A DNA stretch of 64,000 nucleotides, taken from positions 99,324,001 through 99,388,000 of the forward strand of contig OX597820.1 in the NCBI GenBank assembly GCA_951406725.2, read 5' to 3'. Source of the stretch: Octopus vulgaris (Eukaryota). The translations under genes and the position numbers were made by a program. Shown piece after piece: positions 36,704 to 50,398 of this stretch. Under the pieces are notes generated by a model. It saw nothing but the letters and a program-made list of their open reading frames with translations. It did not search any database and was not told where the DNA came from. The number at the start of each line of letters is the position of its first letter. Position 1 is the stretch's first letter.

Positions 36704-37357
36704 CTGAAACAGAAAATGCAAACTACGATGATAATGAGGACAACAAGGAGGAATCATTGAAAAAGAGTTGACTCATACATACAGTGAATTCTGTCTGGGG
36801 TGGAAGATATTACAAGCTGATCCTGATGTGAAATATCAATGCAAACTGAACTTAATGAGGCTTCCCTAACCATAGCATCTACTTTCTAATTTTTGGCAAG
36901 CAATTTTCAGGGGATGGGCAGATTACATTGACGCCGATGCTCTACTCATACTTATTTTATCGACCCCAAAAGGACGAAAAGCAAAGCTAACCTTGAAGGC
37001 ATTTGAACTGAGAACATAATGCTGATAAGTATTTTGTCTGAAGTGCTGATGTTTCTGCCAGCTTGCTGCCCTTCCCCAGCCATAATATAAAAGTGCCCCA
37101 GCATGGCCGCGGCCTTCGGGCTAAAACATTTTAAGGATTTAAGGATTTATACACTATGACATTCAAGACCAATTTGCAATTAGTTGTCACATGTCAATAA
37201 TAATCACATGAGATGTTTTCAGAAACTAACACATGTATTAATGTATGCCCTTTGACATACTTCAAGATGAATTCTTTGGTGGTGGTCACATGACTATCAA
37301 GGATTACCAGCTATTTTCCAATGTATAATATGTCTGATAGAGCCAAGGAGTTCTTAA

Positions 37358-37573
37358 TCCTTTAGCATTCAGACTTTTCTGTCAAATGTGATACTTATTT
37401 ATTCACATTATTTTGAATTAATCATGCATTGCTTTGTTGCTCTAAGATTTTGACAATGTGATTGCTTATTTTTAGAATAACAATGTAGCGTAGCTGTGAG
37501 AGGTGAGATCCAGCTGATTTGAACATAAAACAGAATATTTTGGCCAGATATTGCTACTTTAAATGCTAAAGAG
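37358..37573. mobile_element. Older piggyBac-type MITE
   Basis: TTAA-tcctttagcatt...aatgctaaagag-TTAA. Confidence 0.6.
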
Positions 37574-37830
37574 TTAAGAGCAGATACTTAGCTCTGGTTA
37601 GATATCATTAAGAATGTGAGGAGTAAATCTGTTGAAATAGAATACCAGTCTCATGTAAAGACAGTCTCGGAATAATTTGATGCTTTTACCTATTAAACTA
37701 GGTGACCTGAGACTGATGAAAGTAATTGTAGTAGATTTAGAATCAGTATCTATGGCTCAATGTAATACCAATTTGAAACTTTTGCTTCTACACTCTACTG
37801 CATCTCTTCAGATTCAGTTCCCTGTACATA

Positions 37831-38252
37831 CCGTAAATCCTCGAGTATAGTCTGCTCTTGAGTATAATACGCAGGGGATTTTTAGGGGGCTGTACCTCTG
37901 AGAAACCTAAACCTTGTGTATAAAACGCACCCCTTCTTTAACTTGAGTCAAGGAGGGCTATATAACATAATACAAATGTGTGGCTTTTTTGTGCATTTTG
38001 TTTGCAGAAAATAAAGAAATAACAGTAATAACATTTAATAAATGTTGCTTACTGCAAGTTATGGATGATTTAAGGTATTTTCGCGCCCGACATCACAAAA
38101 TGCATCTGAATAAACATTGCCGGATAGCAAATAGAGACTCGAACATTGCTTAGAAAATGATTTTCATTTTTAACCTTGTATATAGTATGCACTAGGGATT
38201 TTGACCTTTAAATTTTGGGAAAAAAGTGCAGATTATACTCGAGGATTTACGG
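37831..38252. mobile_element. pogo/Tc2-like MITE
   Basis: Same CCGTAAATCCTCGAG TIRs and TA TSD as the 32399 copy. Confidence 0.88.
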
Positions 38253-38595
38253 TATGTATGTTTTTTACACCTCATTTACACTCTTCAGTTGTTATCGGTT
38301 TCTAAATAGCCAGAGTCATTTAGGACGATCTAAACATTTACAACATTAACTCCAGGAAATCTGTCAACCACCTAATTACCTAACAATCATGTGAACATAG
38401 AAGCAAGATAGGCATCATTCTCACCAGATAAGTGGACAGACAGACAGCTGTGGATGCTAAATCTTTCCCCAGGGAAGAATGTACCAATCAACAGAGGTTA
38501 ATGATTACTGATTTCGGAATTAAAGCTAGATAAATCGTCCAACCCATACTAGCATGGAAAGCGGACGCTAAATGAAATGAAATCTAGAGGCTTAA

Positions 38596-38817
38596 CCCTT
38601 TTGTTACCATATTTCTGTTGAGATGCTCTGTGTTTCTTTAAATTAATTTTAAATATAACAAAGAATTATGTAAAATAACTTAGTTATCATTAAGCTAGTG
38701 TTAAGAACATAAATTGTGACTAAGGTTTGGTGGAAGATTTCAATTCAGAACTTTTGAAAACAAGACATTGGTACTACAGAGCCAGAGACGGTTTCAGTCA
38801 GGTTGGTATCGAAAGGG
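38596..38817. mobile_element. piggyBac-type MITE (same family as 3680, inverted)
   Basis: TTAA-CCCTTT...AAAGGG-TTAA; internal sequence is the reverse complement of the 3680 copy. Confidence 0.85.
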
Positions 38818-39534
38818 TTAAGTCAGCTTGGAGAGAAAGAGATGTGGGAGCTAAAAGAGCCATTGAACAGACTAAAATTGAGGGAAGTACTACTTGAAAC
38901 ATCTGAAGCGAGAGAAGGGCACAAAGAGATTTACAATATAGAGAAAAAATTGGAAGTTTCTATGGGACAATCTGCTGAAAGCCACAGACCAGTTCTGTGA
39001 TTGGAGCAAGGGCTCAACTACACAGGAAGTGATTTGGTGTAGAAGAGCATTGTACATAGGGCTGTAAAAAAATAAGAAACAGGTCTGAGCAGACTGGAAA
39101 AAAGAAGGTGGTAAAGAAAAATATCAAACAGATAGAAGAGAAGCCAGATGTTAGACAATATGCTTAGCAAGGTGAGAGGCAGAAAGAAAGAAGTTTGCAC
39201 ATCTATGGCATGAAGGTCAGGGGGACAAAAATATCACAGTGCTACAAAGAATTGAGATGTTTTTAGGGAGAGTCATATATGGCATGATAGTAGTGCTTTT
39301 GCACTCACTGGCAATGGAAAGAAAGAAGCATGAAAAGTTCAACGTTTAGAGGCTGCTGAATGGGAAGAATGCACGTGAAAGTGAGAGTCTACCCTTAACA
39401 GAGAGACTAACCAGCAGCATGATTGACTGGTAAGGTCTATTTCAACAGCATTTGAATTAAGAAGATGAAGAGACACAGCAAAATACTACAAGACAATGGC
39501 AACAAAAATAAATAATGCAGCAAACCAAACTCAC

Positions 39535-39642
39535 CGGATTCTTGAACTGAATATTCACATTCCGTATAGTCTCCAGCATATCATCTAATCTCTTGGTCAT
39601 TTCTTCAGCATTCAAATCTTGCATACCTAACAGACTTGCAAC
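39535..39642 (-). CDS. GET3: GET3/ASNA1 108-nt exon
   Basis: tttcAG|GTT...CCG|GTgagt. Translates to VASLLGMQDLNAEEMTKRLDDMLETIRNVNIQFKNP. Confidence 0.93.
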
Positions 39643-40351
39643 CTGAAATAGGTGGATCAATATGAATTGCAGAACACAAAATTTAGAGAGAAAGAAAAGG
39701 AAATAACTTTCTCAGTAATGATAACAACAGACTGTTCTAAGTTGTTCAATAATGATGATATTAGGGTTTTATAGTAAGTTTCCCCATTTACATTAACACA
39801 ATCGACTTAATCAAACTCAGTATTTAGTTGACACCTAATTTTGGCAACCCATGTGGTTTCAGGTTTTGTTCCCTTATTTGTGTTCCATTTATTGATAGTT
39901 TTACAAAGTTTTAACAGATTATCTCCATTCGTTGTTCATATATAATAATAAAAGTGAAATTCTGTCCATCTTCATTTGCTCTACATAGGCATATTATACC
40001 TTTTTGGAATTAGGATGATCCCGGGATTGAAAAATCTGCCCTTCATTTGGATCTTGAACATCCAGCATTGGGATTAGATTTAAAAGCATTTGGGTTGCTA
40101 TTTCTAGCAGGTAAAACTTGGCTGATTCACGCCATCTTGCTTGATGTTTGTCAGATGACATTTGTCAGATGAATGACATTCACTTCGTAAATTTTACGTT
40201 GAGATAAGAACTTTGGAACAAATTGGTGAACAGTTGGAGGGGAACAACTGAACAGACCAGGTTACTGATTGCCTGGATTTGTTGCCAAAGATATATGTAG
40301 TCAAGCATTGTCATGGTGAATACAGATCCTTTTAAAATTCTTGTAAGTATG

Positions 40352-40384
<33 letters not shown>

Positions 40385-40388
<4 letters not shown>

Positions 40389-41400
40389 GGCCACAGACTC
40401 TACTGGATTCATCTGCCCTTTGACAGGTTTTGTTTTTCCTCCTTCAGGGTGTCCAACAAAATCCACCGTCCTTGTCTTGCTAGGGCTGCTGGCTTAGTTG
40501 CCAGTGGCCTGACCATGCAACTCGTTATTAGCAACACCAAGTGTTTTGTCTTCATTGCTATATGCAGGTGAGATCTGAGTTACTTATGAGACATATGAAA
40601 AGACTGGACTAATTTCAATAACGGGATCTCTGCCATATCTGATGGCAGATGTATGTAAGTGCTGTTCAAGTCTTCAAACTTAGTCAGTCTACCAAGAATA
40701 GAGTCTCAAGTATTCCAGCTATGATTAAGATGGAGAGGTCATGTCGTCAAGCTGGACAATGATTGGATACCTAAGCAACTGTTATATAGTGAGTTAGCCC
40801 AGGTTTTAAAGAACAGTGCACAAACCGAAATCAAGGTGTAAGGACTGCATTAAGAATACACTGTCAAAGTGAAAAACTTGAAAAATGAATGGGAAAACCT
40901 CACTCTAGCTTGTTCATCATGGAAGTAGTGCATGATGGGAGGAGAGAATCTAAATGAAATCACATAGAGCATGAACAGTTTCAGAGAGATGTTTGTAAGA
41001 GTCTTCATGTGAATTTGCCTGAGTATGTGGGCACACAGACCAATTTTAACATGTAATAAGTGTGGGTATGCCATCTAAGTAGTGTAGCTCTTAGAGGTAA
41101 TCAGAGAAGCCCCCAACCACACACACACACACACACAGGTAAGTTGCTGACAATGAATTAAATAGCATTTCTACTTGAAGGGAGTGTGGAAAAGAATGTA
41201 TCAAGAGGCCAACTGATATGTGATATAAAATTTCACCAAGACAGTTTTATAACACCTTCTTCAAGAGGTGCCCATTGTTAAAACATCTGTGCAAAAGAGT
41301 TTAAGTTCCTAGCAGGACTGAAAAATCACATCCATGCTACTCTTGTTTAAGAGAACAAACAAGCAATAACATTATTCAAAACTGAGTTGCAGCCATTGTA
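40385..41400 (+). mobile_element. Very old RTE-like LINE 3' remnant
   Basis: GHVVKLDNDWIPKQLLYSEL at ~40738-40797. Confidence 0.55.
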
Positions 41401-41818
41401 CATACATACATACAAGTCACGTTAAAAATCTGTTGAGTCAGATTTCCTATGACCAGGTGCCCTTACTGTTGCCAGCCCTCCTGTTCCCCACAACACACAC
41501 AATGTGGTTGTAAATGGGCAACTGAAAATTGGGTGACAACTAGTTTGGCCAATTAACAATCAAAATGACTGGAGGAGCTGAAGTTTAATCATTGAGAGAT
41601 ACATAATTGTAGTTTCTATTTCACTCCAGTTTTGTGAAATAGAAACAACGAACCCAGTTTAGTTCTACTTAATTAAACCAGCAAGGCATTCAACCAAGAT
41701 AATCCCAATTCTTTTCCAGTCCAAGATACACTTTATTTGACAGCTTTACCCTAGTGACCATATTGCTCATTTGTCTCTGACCCATATAAACATACACACA
41801 GAGAAAAATTCAGTTTAC

Positions 41819-41969
41819 CTGAGAAAAAAATGGGCTAAAATGACTGCGAATTCGTAGTAGTTTTCCAAGTCCTTTCTCAACTACACTAGGGAAAGAGAGA
41901 AGGCGCAAAGTGTGTCCTGTAGGCGCTGTATCAAAGACAACACATGAAAAGTTCATTCCTTTAACTAAC
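41819..41969 (-). CDS. GET3: GET3/ASNA1 151-nt exon
   Basis: tttgcAG|G TTA...CAG|GTaaac. Translates to [50 protein letters not shown], with the Switch II DTAPTGH motif. Confidence 0.96.
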
Positions 41970-42153
41970 CTGCAAACAGAGAGAAGCAAACTCTAAATAA
42001 AAATTGCAAAAGAAATAAGTGGAGTACATACTGAATATTTTTGTTGTTTTTTGTTGTTTTTTTTTTTACACTGACACAAGGCTAAGGTATCCATGGAGAA
42101 GGAGCATAGTTGAATGAATTGACTCCAATGTATGACTGGTATTTAAAACATTC

Positions 42154-42371
42154 GGCGATCTGGCAGAATCATTAGCATGCCGGGCGAAATGCGTAGCCGT
42201 ATTTCGTCTGCCGTTACGTTCTGAGTTCAAATTCCGCCGAGGCGCCTTTGCCTTTCATCCCTTTCAGGGTCGATAAATTAAATACCACTTACACACTGGG
42301 GTCGATATAATCGACTTAATCCGTTTGTCTGTCCTCTCTGTGTTTAGCCCCTTGTGGGTAGTAAAGAAATA
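42154..42371 (+). mobile_element. SINE family B with 16-bp TSD
   Basis: TSD ggtatttaaaacattc at 42138-42153 and 42372-42387. Confidence 0.9.
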
Positions 42372-42951
42372 GGTATTTAAAACATTCAAACAAATCATCT
42401 TCTACTTTGCCATTCCTCCCTTAACTCTTGCATTATTAGTTATCCACTAGTCACAACATGAGTTTCGACCCCACCCAACTTTTACAGTGGTTGCCTACCT
42501 TCCTCCACCTCACCCATTCCCCTATCTTCCATTCACCTCATACTCTCATGCAACCTCCATCCACCAACCCACATGTCTGATTCTTCTTCACGTTCATCTC
42601 TATCCATCTTAAACCTTGAAAGTGCACCCTGATATTTACTTTCCATCCCCACTTGATCACTCCCACCCTCTCTTCTAAATGTGAGTTGCCGTGTAGTTCC
42701 TCTACACTAAGAAGTCTGTTCTGCTCTAGCCCCTTTACTCATACTTTTACCCCTAATCTTCAAGCATAAAGCTGCCCTCATGGAGTGTGTAGTCTTGTAA
42801 GCTGCATAGCAACCTCACTAGCACTGGTGGCATGGAAAAAGCACCAAATCATCACTGTAAAATGACTGGCTTTAGGAAGGGCATCCAGCAGTAAGAAACT
42901 ATGCCAAAACAGACACTGAGGCACAATGCAGTCCTTGGCCCTATCAGATCT

Positions 42952-43182
42952 CTTATTTCTTTATTGCTCACTAGGTGCTAAACGTAGAGGGGACAAACAA
43001 GGACAGAAAAAGGGATTAAGTTGATTACATTGACCCCAGGGTGTAACTGGTACTTAATTTAACGACCCCGAAAAGATGAAAGGCAAAGTTGACCTCGGCA
43101 GAATTTGAACTCAGAACGTAACGGCTGACGAAATACCGCAAAGCATTTTGCCCGGCATGCTAACGTTTCTGCCAGCTCGCCA
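42952..43182 (-). mobile_element. SINE family B inside an RTE-tail repeat
   Basis: Full copy; short TSD cagatc on both sides. Confidence 0.8.
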
Positions 43183-43659
43183 CAGATCCCTGTCAAACCA
43201 TCCAACTCATGCCTGCATGGAATATGAACGTTAAATGATGGTAGCAGACTTCACAGCAATGATGAGATATGATTTGGCAATTTAGCTATATGGCAGAAAA
43301 ACCAAGCATATTGTTTTCAAAAGTGAAAGTAGATGGGAGTAAAGTAAGATATCTTATTACTGTTATTTCCCAGTTGTAATCTAGTTGGTATTTCTTGATT
43401 TAAAAAAAAATACTTTTATTTTTGGATGGGATGTTGAGCTTTCTTTTCCTTTTAATGTAAACTATCAAATTTAACTCAAATATCCTGTATAATAAAGAGA
43501 AATCTTTAAAAAAAACCAGAAAAAAGTCCACATTAAAAAGAAAATAAGAAAATATCAGATACTTGAAAAGAGAGAGGAGGAGGAGGAAGGGGAAGAGAAG
43601 ACAAGCAAGGAAGAGAGAGAGAGAAGTAAAGGAAATAATGAAAAGAGAAAGACCCTTAC

Positions 43660-43753
43660 TTGATAACTTCAGCAAAACTCATTGCTTCATCAATGCCAGG
43701 GAATGCACCAAGTAGCTCCTGCATCATTGTCTTACCCATACTCATCATGTCAG
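43660..43753 (-). CDS. GET3: GET3/ASNA1 94-nt exon
   Basis: cccttcaAG|CT GAC ATG...ATC AA|GTaag. Translates to (A)[30 protein letters not shown](K), including the Met-rich groove and PGIDEAM. Confidence 0.93.
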
Positions 43754-43761
43754 CTTGAAGG

Positions 43762-43818
<57 letters not shown>

Positions 43819-44010
43819 CAATAATAATAATGATCTTTTCTTTATTGGCCATAAGAGTTTGAAGAGATACATATATTAAGAAACTTTTACTAAGGGTCAT
43901 AAAAAAAAAGAAAATACAGAGTTTGAAAATACATTTACAATATGAGGGGAGGGAAAGAGGCACACAATATATAGAAGGATATGTAATAAATTGTAATGGT
44001 ACATCTATCT

Positions 44011-44081
<71 letters not shown>

Positions 44082-45384
44082 TATACATATATATATATAC
44101 ATACATACATACATACATACACACACACATATATATATATCAAAATAAGCAACAAGGATATCCAGAGGTAATGCAGTACGATCGTTTCACGCAACTCTAT
44201 TTAATTGAACAATGCAACCATTAGATCAATTTAAATGCAGAGCAATATATATATAATCAAAAGGGTAATAATATAGATTACTACCAGTGGCCCAGCACAA
44301 AGGACGACTTAGTCATTAGACAAAAATTTTTTTCTTCTTTTTTTTCCTGGCATGCCCTATATCGCCGGGTAGATTTTGCGTCTGCGCGGAGATTTGAAAA
44401 GTTAAGATCTGCAAGTTGTTTAGATCAACACATGGTCTAACGTGCTGCACGTCTCGATTTAACTTAGGCGTCTCGCTGATGAAACCAGCCTTAGCAAACA
44501 TATTGTCTGTTTTGCTAGAAAGAGGTAGAAACTGATATCAGTCCGGGATGTATCATTATTGGTAAATGTTTTTGATTTTCACTCTCGATAAATTTATCCC
44601 TTTTTTGTGTCCCTAGCACTTGACATCCTTATTTAGGAGCCCTTAATTATATATATATATACATATATATACACACACACACAAATATTGGCAGAGAAAT
44701 AAAGAAATAAATAAAAAAAGTACAATAAAACACACAATAATTAAGAACAATATGATTAAAGGAAATAAAATATGAAAGATTGCTGTTTAGATTGAATTAG
44801 GATATTTCATGTCTGTTCATTTAACCATTTCTCAAATTGGGTTTCAATGCAACTAAATGCACAAGTAAATACTTTCTGAGTCATTTGCTGTGGTGAAAAA
44901 CACCAGCATCTTGAGGGAAATCTCTTAAATTCAGTGCAGTGTCTTAGTTTTAATTTTACTAATGATCTATCTTTTGCATGCTGTTCATATTCTGAACATA
45001 ACTGCAAGCAATACCTATCAATTTGCATAGCATTTTACTGATGCACTTCAATTAAAGATGAAATTTTCTCCATTCTGGTTTGTGTTTTATACACTGAAAT
45101 TCCAACAATCTGATCTTCATGTTTTATTATTTACAGTTTTCTTTGCAATTTCGCAATATCATAATAATAGAATATTATATATTTATTGTGGTAAAACTAA
45201 TACTTCCATGTAGTGACAGTTGTGTTCCACAACTGACAACCTGATGATTGCTCAACACATGAAAGTACTAGTTTTAGTACTTATCACAATACAATAAATA
45301 TATAATATTCTATTATTATAATATGGTAAAAATTGTAAATAATAAAATGTGAAAATTAGATTATGTTGGAACTTCATTGATTAA

Positions 45385-45422
<38 letters not shown>

Positions 45423-45423
<1 letters not shown>

Positions 45424-46719
45424 CTCCATATACATAAATGACAATTTCTGTTTGTCTGTGGCTGTATGTGTGTTTGTGAATTTGTTGCTTTAACTCCTCC
45501 GGGACTATCCAACCAATCTTGATGAAACTTGACACGTGTGTGGGGCTTATGCACATGCGGTTACTTATGCACTTGGAATTTCAAAAAAAAAATCGATAAT
45601 TTTTAACCAGCATTGATTTTTCAAAAATCAATAGGACATTTCAATGCAAATTTTCATATGAATGTTATTTTCTGCCATAACTTTTTAAGTTTTCAACAGA
45701 TTTTCTTGAAATTTTATACAAAGATGGAATATGTGCTAAAGATGGGTTGAGACAAATAAATTTTTACCTAGGCCACTCAAACAAAGCATAAGATGATTTT
45801 TGATTAACTGATTAACAAAATTTGGCCTAAATTGTTGTGGAGTTAAGATATGTTCATCAATTATTTCAGCATTCTCAGGTTGCTGTAACAGGTATTTTAA
45901 CAACTGCACTTAAAACTATCAATTCTAAATGTTGCAGCATTGTATGCTATAGCATGTAACATGTATATTCTTAACACCTGTATTTAAAATTGTCAGTTCT
46001 AACCATTGCAATTGATATGTGATTCTCACGATCAGTGGAACTATACCCAGTTGTCAAATTAAGTGCATGTGCAATTAAAATTTTCTCGCAAGTTGCAAGA
46101 GAATTTTCCCAAAATAATGAAGATTATATTTTTGTATGCTTTGTTTTACCTCCTCATAGCATCTTACAACTCTTATGACTGCCATGTTATTGCCTCTGCA
46201 CTCCAGCCGTTTTTGTAAAAAGCACCCACTACACTCTCGGAGTGGTTGGCATTAGGAAGGGCATCCAGCCGTAGAAACATTGCCAAATCAGACTGGGCCT
46301 GGTGCAGCCTCCTTGCTTCCCAGACCCCACTTGAACCGTCCAACCCATGCTAGCATGGAAAACGGACACTAAACGATGATATAATAATTAATAATAATAA
46401 AATCTCTTTCCTCTAAGTAATTTTTTTCGTTTACTTTTGTAATGTTTATGTTCCTTTTTTTCATAGCACTCCTTCACAATTCTCTTCTTGATGTTTCCAT
46501 TGATTATATATTTGCAGCTTTCCACTCATCTGACCAAACAATTGTCATTTTCCGATTCCACACGTATTTATTTGTATTATTGTTTCGTGAATGAATTTGC
46601 TTATGCCTTCTATTATCTCTCCTATGTTTTGATTTCATTTTTCGTCTGAGAGAAATTAGGCATTGTAATGGGTACTGGAAATAACCCCGCTCCTGGGTAT
46701 TACCGGGTACCTCAGCTAG
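45423..46719 (+). mobile_element. Non-autonomous Helitron
   Basis: A|TC 5' end with tctgtttgtctgt repeats; 3' GC hairpin followed by CTAG|T. A related 3' end lies on the minus strand at 59448. Confidence 0.65.
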
Positions 46720-47773
46720 TATATATATATATATATATATATATAGTAACAATGAAGGGTGAAATTAATTAATTTGGAATAATTATCAATTACACCAAGT
46801 AGTCTTCGGCATGTAAAAGCCTCATTCGAGGAAAATTTAAGTAATACTAAGCAATTAAGGGTTTAGCAACGAATTGCCTTACTGTGTATTTACTGTGATC
46901 TCCCTTTTAGTAGAAGAAATAGCTATAATCTCTTTGACTGCTATTTCTAAATTCGGTGTGTGGTAAGGCAATTCGTTGCTAAACCCTTAATTGCTTAGTA
47001 TTACTTATATATATATATATATATTTATATATACATACATGCATGCATATGTGTATGTGTGTCTTACTATCTTGACATCACATGATAGTTGTTAATGAAT
47101 GTTGCTATCATACAAGTAGAGTCCTGTATTTCCAATCTTCTGTGAAAACATGTCTGGTCATGCGGAAATATTACCTTGCATGAAAACAGATAAGGTTAGG
47201 TAACGAATTCCATCCATCCTGTCTGAGCATGGAAAACTGGACATTAAAATAAGGATGCTGATGATGAGGATAATGATACATATCCAAAGGCTTCTTTCTG
47301 TTTCCATCTACCAAATCTAATTACAACGTTTGGTCAGCCTGGAACTGAAGTAGAAGACACTTGGCCAAGATGCTATGCAGTGGGACTGAACCTGAAACTA
47401 CTTGCCTCGGAAACAAATGTCTTAACCACACAGCCATGCCTCTGTCTAAGTTAATATCACATTCAGAAAAGAAAAGGGAATAACTCCCCATTCAAATCTA
47501 TGAATTCTTCAAGGATATTCTTTCTTTTCCAGTGGAAGATGATGATGATGATGAGAGAGAGAGAAAAGGAGATTTAAACTTAATTATGAAAATAAGTTGT
47601 ATCTAATGAGAGTCATCAACTATTAGTAAAACATTCAAAGGCTTTTCAAGTTCATACTGAATAGAAAATTTATGTTGTGTGTGTGTGTGTGTGGTGTGTA
47701 TGTGCGTGTGCTGTCTCATACCAGATACATATACAAACATGCACATTTACAGAAGAATTTATTTTCATTTTAC

Positions 47774-47828
47774 CTTCTTCAAAATATTCCTCAGGGAGTT
47801 CAGATAATCCAAGGTTAGGATCAATTTC
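47774..47828 (-). CDS. GET3: GET3/ASNA1 55-nt exon
   Basis: ttttcAG|GAA ATT GAT...GAA G|GTaaaa. Translates to EIDPNLGLSELPEEYFEE; ends in phase 1. Confidence 0.93.
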
Positions 47829-49079
47829 CTGAAAAGCAAAACAACCCAAAAGATTACATTTTTATTTTATTTTTGCTAAGACAGAAAAACATTATTTCAT
47901 AATATATATATATATATATCATTGCTATTATGCAAAAGTGTAAGTCAAAAACGTTGCTTTTTCAGAAAACGAAACAAATAGTTTCACCATTCTATTGCAA
48001 AACCGTTGTACTACATTTTGACAATTTTTGATACCTTGGCATCTGAAGCAGCTGGAGATATGATAGTTTGACCAAAAGAACCGACTATTGAAAGAAAGAA
48101 AAAAAAAAATATATATATATATATATATATTCTTTTATTTGTTTCAGTCATTTGACAGCAGCCATGCTGGAGCATTGTCTTTAGTCAAACAAACTGACCC
48201 CAGGACTTATTCTTTGTAAGCCTAGTACTTATTCTATCAGTCTCTTTTGCCAAACTGCTGAGTTACAGGGATGTAAACACACCAACATCGGTTGTCAAGC
48301 AATGGTGGGGGGGACAAACAGACACACACCTGCCTCACTGTCTCTCTCTTTCAATTTACCACTGCTGTTTCATTAAATTAAATTATGTTTTCCCCAAATC
48401 ACAAAAGCTTTCAACTGTATCTCATGATTTCAGCATTTGCTGTTTCATTAATTATTGTTACAGAGAATCCCCTACGAATATTCTTCTTCCTCGTGTTTGT
48501 CCCTCCCTCCCTCTTCGATTTACCACCTAATGCACCAACAGTCCCCTCCTAATCCCTAACTCTATATAAACTAGCGTATGCTCTGTTTTTTTTTCCTCTA
48601 CTTGATTTTCATTTCCTCTGCTGATAAAACACGGATTTCAGAAAATGAGCAGTTAAGCAATTTTGACTTTCACAACCTCGTCCATTCCTGTTTATGCATA
48701 GATCGTAACCCTAACCCCTTCCCATTCGTTCTCTATTATCTATTTCTCTATCATGTAAACATAGTACCGATAGCTTCCTTAAGATCATGCATTTTTATTC
48801 CTCTTTTATTCAAGGTTATCATTTCGTTATTTCATTCTCCCGCTTACAAGTGCAGAAGACGATGCTCTTGTTTCGCGGCACACCCGCCCTCCCACCCCCT
48901 CCACCAAAACCGGAAGTTACTAGCTTTGTCTTACTTGTGTACCCCACCCTCGCGAACACTCCCATCCACACCCCTATGTAGGGTTTATTTGATCATATAG
49001 TGCAAAAAACTGTGTAGTGTATGTAGGTTGTAGTCTAGTGTTTCTTTATGAAATCTGCCAAATGCAAGCTTTCTTTTCA

Positions 49080-49927
49080 GATACACTGCTGTCTCTCATC
49101 CTAGGGTCTCACAGGCCCACACCTCCCACACCTTCAGAGTTGGCACATTGAAAGGTAGGTCTGGTGAGATTGTTGAGCTGCTTGAACGGAGACGTGTGGA
49201 TTTGTGCTGCATCCAAGAAGTAAGGTGGAGAGGAGGTTCCGCTAAGTTCCTCACAGGCAAAGAACACAGGTACAAGATTTTCTGGGCAGGGAACACTGAC
49301 GGGGTCGGGGGCGTGAGTATACTTCTTGTGGAGAAATGGGTTGATAAGGTAATCGAGGTAGTCAGAGTATGTGACAGAGTACTTAAGATTAGATTAGTGC
49401 TTCACCATAGGTCAGCTACAATTATCTCAGCCTATGACCCTCAACCGGGGCTACTGGAAGGACAGAAAGACCGATTCTATGACACCCTATTGCAGACTAC
49501 TTCGTTGACAGGGACCTTCTCTTTGTGGCTGGTGATTTCAATGGACATGTTGGATGGCATGGCATACATGGAGGCTACGGTTTTGGTTCTCGCAATGAGG
49601 AGGGAACCAGGCTGCTGGAGTTCTGCGATGCAAATGATCTTATGGTTTGCAATACCAACTTCAGGAAACCCACCTCTCACCTAGTACCTACAAGGGTCTG
49701 GAAGCTTAAAGGTCCTGCAAATGGACAGAGATTTAGAGACGTACTACTCGAAGCCTTCAATGAAATAGAAGGGGATATAGCATCACATAATGTGGAAGAC
49801 AACTGGAGGTTTCTACGGGACAATCTGCTGAGAGCCACTGACCAGATCTGTGGATGGAGCAAAGTCCCATCTCGACCCAAGGTAACGTGGTGGTGGAACA
49901 ATGTGGTTGACAGGGCTATTAGACAAA
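49080..49927 (+). mobile_element. RTE LINE endonuclease (APE) fragment, internally deleted
   Basis: RVDLCCIQEVRW, IISAYDPQPG, AGDFNGHVG, TWWWN. Confidence 0.88.
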
Positions 49928-50398
49928 ATGACCCAATATATATGTATATCTATACACACACACATGTATATCCAAAAAATAGGTATATCAAATACCATAC
50001 AACATAAATTCTTGATTTATCGAAGTCATATCTGCCTCTAGGGAATGTGTTTTAATTACAAGACTAGCCTTGCTTGAGAAAGGGGAGATAATCTACAGAA
50101 TCGAAAATTCTCCTAGAACTGACGTGACATTAAGGAAAAGGACAGGTCTACAGATAAGAAGACAATTGTGGACACATTTCTTGCTCAATAGCTGTTGTTA
50201 GTCTTCATTGCCATTTGGTAATTAAGATACATCATCTGGATGGAGAGATAATTTTTAAAAAATCTAGAATTTATGTTGTATAGTATTTAATATATCTGTA
50301 TTTGTGTTATCCAAATACACGCTCCTGGCCACCTTGAATTATTTCTCTTAGCTTGTTTTGTTTGTTTGTATGTTATTTTACTTTTTACTTTTTTTTTT

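Noticed and set aside
44165-44240. Minus-strand GAAA-CGATCG-TA, hammerhead-like 3' half
   Set aside because: The upstream core reads CTAATGG and stems I and II do not pair convincingly.
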